NCBI GenBank assembly: GCA_937922805.1
Contig: CALAJV010000001.1
Span: 179,734-243,733, forward strand
Reading direction: 5' to 3'
DNA length: 64,000 nucleotides
Source: an uncultured Acidimicrobiales bacterium
GTDB taxonomy: Bacteria > Actinomycetota > Acidimicrobiia > Acidimicrobiales > SZUA-35
Below the pieces are notes generated by a model. The model saw only the letters and a list, made by a program, of their open reading frames with translations, made no database searches and was not told the origin of the DNA. The translations under genes were made by a program, and so were the position numbers. Shown piece after piece: positions 10,176 to 19,991 of this stretch (position 1 is its first letter; every line of letters starts with the position of its first letter).

Positions 10176-11396
10176 ATTCGCCGCTTCGGCGTTGCGACCA
10201 ATGGTCACCGTGAAGATCGAGCCCTTATCGAATTCAGAGTCAACGTCGATGGAGCCGCCGACCTGTTCCAGCGACCTTCTCGCCAAGGCTAGCCCAAGCC
10301 CAAGCCCAGGAACGTCCGAACTGCAACGAGTGTACGCCTCGAAAATGCGCTCTTGATTTTCGCTGCTGATGCCAATGCCATTGTCAGATACCGTCAGTAG
10401 CACCTTGTCATCAACCACCGCGTAGTTGATCCCGACAACTAAGTCTCGATTTGGCGAGCGATATCTGATTGCATTCGAGACCAAGTTGGATAACACCATC
10501 AAAATGTGAGCTGGATCACAGGAGATCTGGCCCATGAGGCCTATTTCCATCCTCCCATTCACCGACGAAAGCTCACCGGCGTATCGACTCAGACACTGAT
10601 GGACAATGTCACCAAGATCAACAACAACTGATCGCCGATACTGGGGTTCTGGTTTGCCCAGGGCCAAGATGTTCTCGATCTGGTCGTACAGAACCTGAGC
10701 TTCTTCGCTGATTTGCGCCAACAAACCAACTGTTTCAGAAACAGGCAAACCGTCGACACCAGATTTGAGTTTGACCTGCAGGTAGTCCGAGCACAACATG
10801 ATTGCTCGCAGAGGGTTTTTGACTTCATGGGCAGTGAACTCGGCGAAGAGATCCAGGTTTTCATTCTCAGACTTCAACTTCTCTGAATATCGCTGCAACT
10901 TGTCGCTGGCAATTTTGAGGCTCATACCGGTTGCGTGCTGGGTTCTATTTTCCTGTTTGTCGTCCAAGTGACGCTCGATAATGTCGATCGAGAATTGCAC
11001 TCGGGAGCGATCCGATTCTGACGCTGGCTCAGGTCCGTAAGCGGCGACGAAGCCAAGCGGGAGCCCGGTTGGCGCAATGATGGCACCGACAACGATACTG
11101 GCCGTTCCCGAAGGCATCACGGTGTTGAGCTGAGCTGGTATTTGATCGCCAGAAAGCACAACGGTTCGACCGGTGGCCGAGGTGGCGATAGAGAACGCCT
11201 CACATGTTTCAGCCTCTAGCTCTATGCCTTCGAGTTTGGGGTCGGTAGCGGTAACAGCCAGATGAGTGCCCTCAATCTGTAGGGCCATCAGAGCATTTGG
11301 AAGCCTGCTACTGGCAACCAGCTGTACCACAGCGTTATGAAGATCTAGGTTGCGAGGAATCGTCACAGTTGTACTATCGGTGAGAAATTCGAACAA
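10152..11396 (-). CDS. Cytoplasmic sensor histidine kinase with a possible degenerate GAF-like N-terminal domain
   Basis: H-box AHEVKNPL, N-box NLVSNAIRY, G1 DNGIGI, G2 GLGLGL; no obvious TM helix. Confidence 0.9.
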   Translation of the reverse strand: MFEFLTDSTTVTIPRNLDLHNAVVQLVASSRLPNALMALQIEGTHLAVTATDPKLEGIELEAETCEAFSIATSATGRTVVLSGDQIPAQLNTVMPSGTASIVVGAIIAPTGLPLGFVAAYGPEPASESDRSRVQFSIDIIERHLDDKQENRTQHATGMSLKIASDKLQRYSEKLKSENENLDLFAEFTAHEVKNPLRAIMLCSDYLQVKLKSGVDGLPVSETVGLLAQISEEAQVLYDQIENILALGKPEPQYRRSVVVDLGDIVHQCLSRYAGELSSVNGRMEIGLMGQISCDPAHILMVLSNLVSNAIRYRSPNRDLVVGINYAVVDDKVLLTVSDNGIGISSENQERIFEAYTRCSSDVPGLGLGLALARRSLEQVGGSIDVDSEFDKGSIFTVTIGRNAEAANLQLKPAK

Positions 11397-11513
11397 TTGA
11401 CCGCGAACAGTCGTGTGAACTACATCAGCGTCAAGATGAAAGTACGGACGTCGAGGAACTGAACAATCTTGATTGATGAGATGGACTGATGCCCGAGCCC
11501 TTACTACCCCTTT

Positions 11514-12026
11514 TTATGGCGTCGGCGAAAGCCCAAGCAAGCGCTCACCTAGTTGGTGGAATGCTCGCTCTACGCCCGCTCCCGACTTGGCGCTTGTTTC
11601 GACGATTTGCACGTCGGCAAGTTGTTCGATGCTGGAAATCGCTGTCGCCATTGCCTCTCGATCTACCGGTAAATCGATCTTGTTGACGACGGCGACTACC
11701 GGGACTGATGCGATCTGATCGCCAAGTCGTTCGCAAAGCTGTTCAGCGGTTGATGCTGTCTCCGGTCTTGTGCCATCGACTACCAATAAGTAGCCGCCAG
11801 CGCCATTCAAAAACGACGAGTTGATCTTCAACATCCCCTCTTCACCTTGAACATCCCAAATAAGCAAATTAAGCGTCTGATCTTCAATCGTGACCTTTTT
11901 CCGTTCGATCCGAACTCCAACGGTTGAGATGTAGTGCTCAGAGAAAACGTTTGAAACGAAATGGCGAACGAGACTTGTTTTGCCAACGCCAGCGGCCCCA
12001 ACGAGGCAGATCTTTTTGTGCATCAT
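11514..12026 (-). CDS. Rab/Ras-like small GTPase (prokaryotic Rup-type)
   Basis: G1 GAAGVGKT, switch I YISTVGV, G3 WDVQGEE, G4 NKID, G5 ETSAK; ~170 aa stand-alone. Probable start 12026 (track gives 12047). Confidence 0.9.
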   Translation of the reverse strand: MMHKKICLVGAAGVGKTSLVRHFVSNVFSEHYISTVGVRIERKKVTIEDQTLNLLIWDVQGEEGMLKINSSFLNGAGGYLLVVDGTRPETASTAEQLCERLGDQIASVPVVAVVNKIDLPVDREAMATAISSIEQLADVQIVETSAKSGAGVERAFHQLGERLLGLSPTP

Positions 12027-12037
12027 GTTCGAAGCCC

Positions 12038-12880
12038 CTAGACCCACAACCGAACGAGAGCGAACACTACTACTGCCACAACGGCCGCGACGGCGAGAAC
12101 CGCCAGAATCAACGTTCGCCTCGAGTTTTTCTTGTCGGCTTCGATTGCTAGGCTCTCCAACGATTGGCGCGCTGGTTCAAGTGTCAGCGGATCCCCTTCG
12201 AAGGCGTCAATTATCTCGCCGTGCTCGGAATGGACCCGCTCCAAAATTTCCTGCATTCGCACCCTTAGCGTCTCCGGAGGAAAGCCCCGAACAACTACCG
12301 CCAACATTGCCTGGGGCCCCCACTCAACAAGCACTGATACATCGCCGACCGAAAGTTCTCGCATTCCATCAAAGTCAGTGGCATTGAATGAGTCCTGAAC
12401 AAAAGAGCGAATCGCTTCCAGCATCCCGGCAACGACATCGCTGTTGGTTCCAGCTTCAGGTGAACGAGGAACGTGGAGCATTGGCAAACCAGAGAGTCGT
12501 TCGATCAGGAACACTTCATCCACGTCGAAACCCTTGTTCGATGACTGTGGGTTGAACATGTTGGCAATGATCATTCGCACCGCTTTGCCCATTATTGGGA
12601 AAAGGGCTTCGGCCAACTTGTCAGGATCGGTTCTCGACGATACGTGCACCGCTTCAATGACCTGAGGTCGCAACGCTTCATTCACCTCTGGCCCGGCAGC
12701 GTCGGCTCGCTCCAACACTGCCGGCAAATCGGCAGCAATGGTTTCTATTCGTTCGCTCTGGCGTTGCCACGAATTGACTATGGACTCAAGTTCACGGACG
12801 CGGGCCTCAAGCTCGGCGACCTCACTTTTGTCAGAGGCTCCGAGAAGATCGCGCAACTCCCCAACCGGGGACGGCGACAT
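12038..12880 (-). CDS. Coiled-coil plus longin/roadblock-like domain protein with a C-terminal membrane anchor
   Basis: VFLIERLSGLPML...SDVVAGMLEAIRSFVQDSF...LSVGDVSVLVEWGPQAMLAVVVRG pattern; ends KKNSRR followed by a ~20-aa hydrophobic helix. The fold call is an inference. Confidence 0.65.
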   Translation of the reverse strand: MSPSPVGELRDLLGASDKSEVAELEARVRELESIVNSWQRQSERIETIAADLPAVLERADAAGPEVNEALRPQVIEAVHVSSRTDPDKLAEALFPIMGKAVRMIIANMFNPQSSNKGFDVDEVFLIERLSGLPMLHVPRSPEAGTNSDVVAGMLEAIRSFVQDSFNATDFDGMRELSVGDVSVLVEWGPQAMLAVVVRGFPPETLRVRMQEILERVHSEHGEIIDAFEGDPLTLEPARQSLESLAIEADKKNSRRTLILAVLAVAAVVAVVVFALVRLWV

Positions 12881-12885
12881 GACTA

Positions 12886-13287
12886 CTAGCCTTTCCGAAT
12901 CTCGGTGGCTGACTTGGTTAGAACGTCAGCCATCACTTTCTTGTCTACCTTGTCAGCCTCCAACGACGCTAGCGAATCATCAGTCCGCTTAGCTAGCTGT
13001 TCAAGGCGATGGTTGTAGTCTTTTTCCAGAGCAGAAATTCGGTTGCCAAGCTCAGTCGCCATCCGAGTGGACATCTCTGTCACTGACGCTTCGAGTAGTG
13101 CCAGTTCGGAATCGAACTTCCTTGTTTGTTCACCAAAGAGAAGAGCTTGAATCTTGCCAAGGTCACCCTCAGCGAAGTTCGCCTCTGCCTCTTTAGTTGG
13201 TCGAGCTGTGGGTTCACCGGTTTTGCGACCGGTTGAACCAGATTTGGTAGAACCACTGAACTTTGCCATAAGGGCATTTCGGCCCAT
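12886..13287 (-). CDS. Small coiled-coil protein (GTPase-operon associated)
   Basis: DLGKIQALLFGEQ followed by a heptad-rich helix; 5 nt from the next gene. Confidence 0.7.
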   Translation of the reverse strand: MGRNALMAKFSGSTKSGSTGRKTGEPTARPTKEAEANFAEGDLGKIQALLFGEQTRKFDSELALLEASVTEMSTRMATELGNRISALEKDYNHRLEQLAKRTDDSLASLEADKVDKKVMADVLTKSATEIRKG

Positions 13288-13334
13288 TCGGTTCGATGAT
13301 TAGGCTTAATCTGCAATTAGTTTGCTTTGCCTGA

Positions 13335-14567
13335 TCATCCGTCGTCAGCTAGAACGAACTCGATTCGTCGATTTCGGGCCCGATTTTCAGCACTATCGTT
13401 GTCCACCAGGGGTGTTGATTCGCCCGCCCCTCGAGCCGTGATTCTTGACTCCTCGATCCCTTCTTCGATGAGACGCTGACGTACTGCGTTGGCCCGCTGC
13501 TCCGACAGGGCCAAATTCTCATCATCAGGCCCGATGTCATCGGTGTGTCCGACTAGTTCTATCGCCACTGTTGGCAGCGAATCTAGGAGCTCAGCAATTT
13601 CTTTCAGCACCGTATCGCTCTCGCCGTCTATCTCTGAACTTTCCGGCGCAAACAAAATCGGTTGCGCTTCAAGCTTGGTTGAGATCTCAGCTTCGACTTC
13701 AGTCGTAGTTACCTGCGCTTCCTCAACGGTGAGCGCCGTCAGGTCAGTAGTAACTAACGCTCCAAACCTCTCAACTACTTCAGCTTCAAGCCCGTTGGCC
13801 CGCTCATCGCCAGGAGCAGTCGAGCCAGCGACTCGCACAACCCCTTCTTCCCAGGTCAGACTTTCTTCAATGGACATTCCAGAGCTGTCAATCGATGAGA
13901 TCCCCCAGATCTCAACCGCAGCTGAGATCAAGTCATCAATCGAGTTCTGATCGGGGGCTGCGCCGACCAACGTTACCGCCCCATCAGGGGTAACGCTGAT
14001 TTCGATCTCTACCGGCGCCAGCGCTTGTTCACCCCGATTAATCGAATTTGCACGGGCCGACAACCCAAAATCATCGACGATGGTCTGCTGCAAATTCTCC
14101 GGTCGGACATCTCCAACCAGGGTGTTTCCAGCTACCGACACCAATCCGTCGGTAAGCGTGGTTGCCTCGTCGATTTCTAGCTCATCGACCACGTTCTCAT
14201 CGCCGTATTCTCGGGCGGTGGCTGATACCAACTGAGATCGAGCTGCCTCGTCGGGTACCGCTCCTCGTAGCGTCACGGTGTCGCCATCGACTTCAAGCCG
14301 AAGGTCAACCGGATTTCCGAGCTCGGTTTCGGTTACCGCCATGGCCACTGCTTCGCCGTCTTCGTTCGTCTCTCGCCCATCACACCCGCGCGCAAAAGCC
14401 GCAATTACTAGCGTCACGAAGCAAAGCAAAGCTAGATAACCCCAGCCAGTTGTGGTGCCATCTGCCTCTAAGTTCCGAAGCCTGCGTTGGCCACCAGCTG
14501 ACGAATCATCTTTCGTTGAGAACTCATTGTCTAGGTCGTGATCTTCGTCGACGTAGGAACCGGTCAT
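13335..14567 (-). CDS. Membrane-anchored BON + OmpA-like peptidoglycan-binding protein (ArfA/Rv0899-like architecture)
   Basis: N-terminal TM helix; BON-like VTLRGAVPDEAAR..VVDELEI units; C-terminal GHTD..N..LSEQRANAV...NRARNRRIEF. Confidence 0.85.
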   Translation of the reverse strand: MTGSYVDEDHDLDNEFSTKDDSSAGGQRRLRNLEADGTTTGWGYLALLCFVTLVIAAFARGCDGRETNEDGEAVAMAVTETELGNPVDLRLEVDGDTVTLRGAVPDEAARSQLVSATAREYGDENVVDELEIDEATTLTDGLVSVAGNTLVGDVRPENLQQTIVDDFGLSARANSINRGEQALAPVEIEISVTPDGAVTLVGAAPDQNSIDDLISAAVEIWGISSIDSSGMSIEESLTWEEGVVRVAGSTAPGDERANGLEAEVVERFGALVTTDLTALTVEEAQVTTTEVEAEISTKLEAQPILFAPESSEIDGESDTVLKEIAELLDSLPTVAIELVGHTDDIGPDDENLALSEQRANAVRQRLIEEGIEESRITARGAGESTPLVDNDSAENRARNRRIEFVLADDG

Positions 14568-14577
14568 ATTTGTCTAG

Positions 14578-15951
14578 CTATGAACCAACCATTGGTAGTC
14601 GGGTCAAGGCGTCCTGCACCTTCTCTTCGGGATAGTCATAGTCGACGATATCGCCTGCGAAGAACCGATCGTACGCTGCCATGTCAAGAAGGCCATGACC
14701 GCACAAAGCGGTCAAAATAACTGTTTCTTCACCACTCTCCTTGGCTTTGAGCGCTTCTCGAACGGTCGCGGCCAAGGCGTGGGTTGGTTCAGGGGCGGGA
14801 ACAATTCCCTCGGTCCGGGCAAATTGGACCCCAGCTTCAAAGCACTCAAGCTGCGGAATGCTCTCGGCCTCGATCAAACCCGAGTCATAAATGTGAGAAA
14901 GCAAAGGCGACATGCCGTGATATCGGAGCCCACCGGCGTGGATTGGGTCGGGGACAAAGTCGTGACCCAATGTATGCATCTTCATCAGCGGAGTCATGCC
15001 AGCGGTGTCGCCGAAATCGTATGCGTAGGTTCCACGGGTCAGCGACGGACATGCCGCCGGTTCAACCGCCCGGATGGTGGGTGAGATCTTCCCAGCCATC
15101 TTCTCACGCAAGAACGGAAAGGTAAGGCCGGCGAAGTTCGAACCACCGCCGGTACAACCGACAATCACATCTGGCGTCTCATCGACCTTGGCTAACTGCA
15201 ACAAGGCCTCTTCCCCGATTACGGTCTGATGCATCAAAACGTGATTGAGTACGCTTCCAAGGGCATACCGGATCTCTGGATCTTGGGCCGCTACCTCGAC
15301 CGCTTCTGAGATGGCAATACCTAAACTCCCCGGCGTATCGGGCGAAGCAGCTAGAACTTGGCGACCGGCTTCGGTCAGCACTGATGGGCTTGGGTGGATC
15401 GTGGCCCCGAACGTTTCGATCAGCGCTTTGCGGTACGGCTTCTGATCGTAGGACGCTCTCACCTGCCATACTTCACATTCGATGTCGAATAGCGAGCAGG
15501 CGAACGCCAGCGCGGTTCCCCACTGTCCGGCGCCAGTTTCGGTTGTTAGCTTGGTGACGCCTTCTTGGGCGTTGTAGAACGCTTGCGGTACAGCCGTGTT
15601 TGGCTTGTGCGAGCCGGCTGGGCTTACCCCTTCGTATTTGTAAAAGATCTTTGCTGGGGTATCGAGCGCGGCTTCAAGTCGATGCGCTCGATACAACGGC
15701 GAGGGACGCCACAGCCGGTAGACGTCGAGCACTTCGGACGGAATATCGATATAGCGATCGGCCGACACTTCCTGCATGATCAAGGCCATCGGAAACAGCG
15801 GAGCTAAATCGTCTGGGCCAATAGGTTCATGGGTGCCCGGGTGAAGCGGCGGGGGCGGCGGCGCTGGCAAGTCGGGCACGATGTTGTACCACTGGGTCGG
15901 CATCTCCGACTCGTCGAGCAAGATTTTGGTTTGTTTCGGGTCGATCGCCAT
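14578..15951 (-). CDS. trpB2: TrpB-like PLP-dependent enzyme (tryptophan synthase beta chain type 2)
   Basis: [31 protein letters not shown] and HAGGLRYHG motifs; probable start at MAIDPKQ (15951). Confidence 0.92.
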   Translation of the reverse strand: MAIDPKQTKILLDESEMPTQWYNIVPDLPAPPPPPLHPGTHEPIGPDDLAPLFPMALIMQEVSADRYIDIPSEVLDVYRLWRPSPLYRAHRLEAALDTPAKIFYKYEGVSPAGSHKPNTAVPQAFYNAQEGVTKLTTETGAGQWGTALAFACSLFDIECEVWQVRASYDQKPYRKALIETFGATIHPSPSVLTEAGRQVLAASPDTPGSLGIAISEAVEVAAQDPEIRYALGSVLNHVLMHQTVIGEEALLQLAKVDETPDVIVGCTGGGSNFAGLTFPFLREKMAGKISPTIRAVEPAACPSLTRGTYAYDFGDTAGMTPLMKMHTLGHDFVPDPIHAGGLRYHGMSPLLSHIYDSGLIEAESIPQLECFEAGVQFARTEGIVPAPEPTHALAATVREALKAKESGEETVILTALCGHGLLDMAAYDRFFAGDIVDYDYPEEKVQDALTRLPMVGS

Positions 15952-16019
15952 GCGCGACCTTATCACTTTTCGTACCAACGTGGTCAAAGATCACTAGTCG
16001 AAGACCGCCGACTTACGAC

Positions 16020-16409
16020 TTAAGAAGCAGAGGTTGCTTGTTCGATCAGATCCGTTGGGGAAATCTCAACCACTTCGATGAAGATGCATTCACCCGGACA
16101 CTCAGCGGTGGCATGAACAACAGCAGCCTCTTGCTCCCTCGGAACTTTGGCTAGCTCAAACGAACCACCAGGATCATTGAAAACTTTGCGGCCGAACGGC
16201 GACTCTTCAATGCAGTAGGCAATCCCATCCTCAAGAATGGTGAAAACCTGGGGTGCGTGATCGGTGCAAATTCCGTCACCGGTGCAAAGATCTTGGTCGA
16301 TCCAGACTCGCAGTTCAGCGTCTTGATTGACAATTGCGACCTCGTTACCGGCCGATCTAGCCGAAACCTGACGCCCTGGGGCAGGCCGAACCGGCCGCTG
16401 GTGACTCAC
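16020..16409 (-). CDS. Single-cluster ferredoxin (CxxDxxC...CP)
   Basis: [13 protein letters not shown]...ECPGECI; true start may be further downstream. Confidence 0.85.
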   Translation of the reverse strand: MSHQRPVRPAPGRQVSARSAGNEVAIVNQDAELRVWIDQDLCTGDGICTDHAPQVFTILEDGIAYCIEESPFGRKVFNDPGGSFELAKVPREQEAAVVHATAECPGECIFIEVVEISPTDLIEQATSAS

Positions 16410-16472
16410 CTTTCTAAGAGTAACGCCTTATTGGCCCTCATGGCGGATCCCAGGCAGTTACTCTTATCACTA

Positions 16473-17552
16473 GTGACTAGTACCTTCGGAACGCTGTTTA
16501 CCTTGACCACTTTCGGCGAATCTCACGGCCCGGCAGTCGGTGTGGTTCTCGACGGCTGCCCGGCTCAACTCCCGATCGAGCAAGCCGAAATACAGGCCGA
16601 CCTCGATCGCCGCCGCCCCGGGCAAAGCCGACTGGTGACCCAACGGGATGAAACTGATCAAGTCGAAATCCTGTCGGGCCTATTCGAGGGTCAGACCACC
16701 GGCACCCCAATAGCGATGGTGGTGCGCAACAAAGATCAAAACTCCGGCGCATACGACCATCTCAAAGACGTCTATCGTCCCAGCCACGCCGACTTCACTT
16801 ACGAGGCAAAGTATGGCGTTCGTGATTTTCGAGGCGGCGGCCGATCATCGGCTCGCGAGACGATCGGTAGAGTTGCCGCTGCCGCCATCGCCCGCAAGCT
16901 CCTAACGACGATGCATGGCATCGAAGTTGTGGGTTGGGTCAGCCAAGTACGCGATATCGAAACGTCGGTCAATTCGGAAACAGTAACGGTCAATGATGTC
17001 GAGCAGTCACCAACTCGTTGCCCTGATCCTGCTGCGGCCGAAACGATGACTGCGGCTATCGAGCAGGCGCGACGGGACGGCGATTCGCTTGGCGGGGTTG
17101 TGACCATCATCGCCCGCAATGTTCCGGCCGGTCTAGGGGAACCGATCTTCGACAAGTTGGAAGCGGACCTAGCCAAGGCAATGCTGTCTCTCCCCGCGGC
17201 CAAGGGCTTCGAGATCGGCTCCGGCTTTGCCGGGACTCGCTTAAGCGGACTAGCCCACAACGACTCGTTCGTGCCCGGACCCAACGGGCCGGTAACTGAA
17301 ACGAATTATTCCGGCGGTATTCAAGGGGGAATTTCTAACGGTTCCGACATTGTCTGTCGAGTGGCGTTCAAACCAACGGCCACGATTGCGTCGGAACAAA
17401 AGACGGTAAACGTCGACAACGAAGCAGTAACCCTCGCCGCTCGTGGACGTCACGATCCGTGCGTGCTGCCAAGAGCCGTTCCGCTAGTTGAAGCGATGAT
17501 GCTGCTGGTATTGGCCGATCATTCCCTAATGGCTCGAGCCCGACAGCTATAA
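16473..17552 (+). CDS. aroC: Chorismate synthase
   Basis: [34 protein letters not shown] and RHDPCV motifs. The GTG at 16473 follows TACTCT; the track start at 16257 overlaps the ferredoxin. Confidence 0.97.
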   Translation: MTSTFGTLFTLTTFGESHGPAVGVVLDGCPAQLPIEQAEIQADLDRRRPGQSRLVTQRDETDQVEILSGLFEGQTTGTPIAMVVRNKDQNSGAYDHLKDVYRPSHADFTYEAKYGVRDFRGGGRSSARETIGRVAAAAIARKLLTTMHGIEVVGWVSQVRDIETSVNSETVTVNDVEQSPTRCPDPAAAETMTAAIEQARRDGDSLGGVVTIIARNVPAGLGEPIFDKLEADLAKAMLSLPAAKGFEIGSGFAGTRLSGLAHNDSFVPGPNGPVTETNYSGGIQGGISNGSDIVCRVAFKPTATIASEQKTVNVDNEAVTLAARGRHDPCVLPRAVPLVEAMMLLVLADHSLMARARQL

Positions 17553-17603
17553 AACACAAAAGACTCCACCGTTGAGATCATTCGAATCTCGTGGGTGGAG
17601 CCT
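17551..17603 (-). terminator. Intrinsic terminator between convergent aroC and the small membrane protein gene
   Basis: CTCCACC..GAGAT/ATCTC..GGTGGAG hairpin followed by a T-rich tract on the minus strand. Confidence 0.6.
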
Positions 17604-17651
17604 CAAGTTGGTGGTCGCCCTGGTAGCTGGCGTTTCGCTCTCCGAACTCGT

Positions 17652-17930
17652 TTACGCGAACACCATCACGAGTCCCAGAACCGGCAAAATCGCTCCCCAG
17701 AACTGCATTGGAATGAAGAAGAAGTTGTTTCCCTGCTGAGCCTGGTTGAGCTTGGTGCCCACAAACCAGCAGGCAACTCCGGCTACCAAAAGTGGCAAGA
17801 ACCGAAATGCTACAAGTCCGACGGTTGACAGCTCGTCAGCGGTTTGTCCACCGCTCACGACCTGGCCCAGAACCAGTGCAACCAACGCTATAACTCCGAC
17901 GATCCAGCCTTTTCTGCTCCAAATAATCAT
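17652..17930 (-). CDS. Small membrane protein (3 TM), unknown function
   Basis: MIIWSRKGW...FFFIPMQFWG; GGGAG RBS. Confidence 0.7.
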   Translation of the reverse strand: MIIWSRKGWIVGVIALVALVLGQVVSGGQTADELSTVGLVAFRFLPLLVAGVACWFVGTKLNQAQQGNNFFFIPMQFWGAILPVLGLVMVFA

Positions 17931-18146
17931 TTCTCTTACTCCCTAGTTGTAAGTGGCGGCCACCAAACGCTCGTTTGCGTGGCTTGATAGTTCTCAGAAT
18001 AACGAGGCTTATGGCGCCGAGAAATGGGGACCAGGACCCACAAAAAGTTGAGACGAAAAGGGAACTTTTGGCCAAATAGCGGCATCTGAACAGGTAAGTC
18101 CTGACTTTTATCGAACTTTGTGTGACCGGCTTTCGTCTGAATTGCT

Positions 18147-18950
18147 ATGCGGAAACTTGTTAGCACTCTGATGGTCATTTCGGTAGTACTAGTTCTGGCT
18201 TCACCAGCTCATGCCTGCTCAATAGACCCAAACGTGTACCGAATCAGAGCCCAAGACCTGGCTGGTCTCAACCAGCCCGACAGTGCCCTTGCCGCCAACT
18301 ACCAAGCATGGCTGGATAAGGAACAACCCGAAGGGGCAGAACTAACGCCGCCGGCAATTAGCGGAGCGACGTTGTTCGAAGTGGTGGCGGCGACAGAAGA
18401 GACCGAGATCTGGTCGAAAGGGGTTGTGACTTTGGCGGTAGAGCGATGGGGTATTCCACCGCGGCGAACTGACCTTTCAGAAGGTCCGGTCAAGTTCGAA
18501 GACGTCATACCGGGTTCGTGCGAAGGCACCCCATCGGGTTCGGTTGGTCACCAGTTCATCATGGTGCGCTCCGACCGAGGCGATGCTCGGGTTCGCGTGT
18601 TGGATGAAAGCCGAAAAGACTTAGAAGCCGCATTCGGAACCAGCACTGTCACGCCAGTAAATCCCAAGCGTGTTGAGGGCAAAATACGTCAATACCAAGA
18701 ACTGGTCGACGGCTCAGAGGACACCGAAAGCGTTTCAGACCGCGCTGAGGCCCCCGAATCAGCACCTTCGGACAATGCCGAACAATCCAACGGCGAGGCC
18801 TTGGGCTCTTCGGCGTTAGATAGTGTCGATCGAACCACCGGTGAATCGGGGATTGCGACTCCTCTACTTGGAGCGGTTGGGGCAGGCGTCGTTCTTGGCG
18901 CCGTCGGGTTGCTGGTAGTGCGGTCCCGATCAACCGGCCGAGACTATTAG
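18147..18950 (+). CDS. Exported protein with a C-terminal membrane anchor, unknown function
   Basis: Signal peptide ending AHA-CS, acidic linker, C-terminal TM helix and basic tail. Confidence 0.75.
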   Translation: MRKLVSTLMVISVVLVLASPAHACSIDPNVYRIRAQDLAGLNQPDSALAANYQAWLDKEQPEGAELTPPAISGATLFEVVAATEETEIWSKGVVTLAVERWGIPPRRTDLSEGPVKFEDVIPGSCEGTPSGSVGHQFIMVRSDRGDARVRVLDESRKDLEAAFGTSTVTPVNPKRVEGKIRQYQELVDGSEDTESVSDRAEAPESAPSDNAEQSNGEALGSSALDSVDRTTGESGIATPLLGAVGAGVVLGAVGLLVVRSRSTGRDY

Positions 18951-19855
18951 TCGTCGAGCTCTATGGCTTCGCCTGGCTCATCGCCATCGTCGTCATCGGA
19001 GTTCTCTTGACTCTCATCTCTCAAGAATGCTTCTAGCTCGGCGGCCAGATCATCGCCAGACGGCAGCAACTCTTCGGCTGAGTCAGCATGTCGTTCTAGC
19101 CGATCGACGTACTCTTTAGAGTCTTCGTCCGACGAAACCGCAAGCTCTACCCGTTCTAACCATTCGTTAACGTCGGAGTCGAGCTGTTCATAGTCGGTCG
19201 GAATTCCGGTTGTTTGTTCAAGGCGTCTCAGAAGCGCTCGCATCGCTTTCGGGTTCGGCGCACCGGGAACATAATGCGGGATTTCGACTCGCAGAGAAAT
19301 CACTGGGATGTTCGTTCGCTCGAAGCGTTCGTTGATTACCCCTAAAACACCGGTCGGACCTTGATAGGACGGCCGTTTCAAGCCAAGCCTTCGAGCTAGT
19401 TCTGGGTTCACTGCGCTGCCAGTAACTGCAAACGGTCGGGTGTGTGGCACCATGCCAACAAACGATCCGACGGTGACCACCATTTCGCACCCTGATCGCT
19501 GGGCCACCTCGACGACGTAGTCAGCAAACGTAGGCCACCGAAGGTGCGGTTCAATTCCGGTCATCACTATGAGGTCGCGTTTGCCTGCGGTTCGAGAGGA
19601 GAACACTTCAGTGGCCGGCCACTCAATAACACGATTGCCGTCGCTTTTCAGCCGCATCGATGGCCGGACCTCTTGGAAGTTGAAGAACGTCTCAGGGTCG
19701 ATCATGGCCACTTCTTGAGAATCGGTACGTTCTTGTATCCAATGCAAGGCAGAGGTAGCTGCCTCAGCGGCATCGAACAAGCCCTCAAAGGCGAGCAGCA
19801 AAAGAGGACGTTCTAACTCTGGCTCTTCGTACCATGTCAGCTCATTGTTGACCAT
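18947..19855 (-). CDS. PAC2 family (proteasome assembly chaperone-like) protein
   Basis: AFEGLFDAAEAA, IDPETFFNFQEVRP, EPHLRW, VPHTRP, YQGPTG and LAAELEAFLR motifs. Confidence 0.9.
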   Translation of the reverse strand: MVNNELTWYEEPELERPLLLLAFEGLFDAAEAATSALHWIQERTDSQEVAMIDPETFFNFQEVRPSMRLKSDGNRVIEWPATEVFSSRTAGKRDLIVMTGIEPHLRWPTFADYVVEVAQRSGCEMVVTVGSFVGMVPHTRPFAVTGSAVNPELARRLGLKRPSYQGPTGVLGVINERFERTNIPVISLRVEIPHYVPGAPNPKAMRALLRRLEQTTGIPTDYEQLDSDVNEWLERVELAVSSDEDSKEYVDRLERHADSAEELLPSGDDLAAELEAFLRDESQENSDDDDGDEPGEAIELDD

Positions 19856-19991
19856 CGCCTACAGTCTCGCACGTCCTAGCCAAAACCGGCTAGCCGATTA
19901 ATGGCTTATGTCTTAACGGTCTACTAACCGCCACGCATCCACTACCTCGTCGCTGGCTTTACTACCAGCAGAGTTCAGGCGCTAGGTTGGG

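Noticed and set aside
11397..11516. GTPase and histidine kinase are in the same frame, separated by one TAA and 39 open codons (possible readthrough or broken fusion)
   Set aside because: TAA is rarely read through, the GTPase ends at a normal length, and the intervening peptide looks non-coding. This is plausible by chance in GC-rich DNA.
16257..16472. N-terminal extensions of aroC, and likewise of pheA (57001), the MBL hydrolase (57444), trpG (41303) and pbpA (45675), implying overlapping genes
   Set aside because: Recognisable family sequence begins at later starts that have -10/leaderless or coupled-stop signals. The extensions are longest-ORF artefacts.
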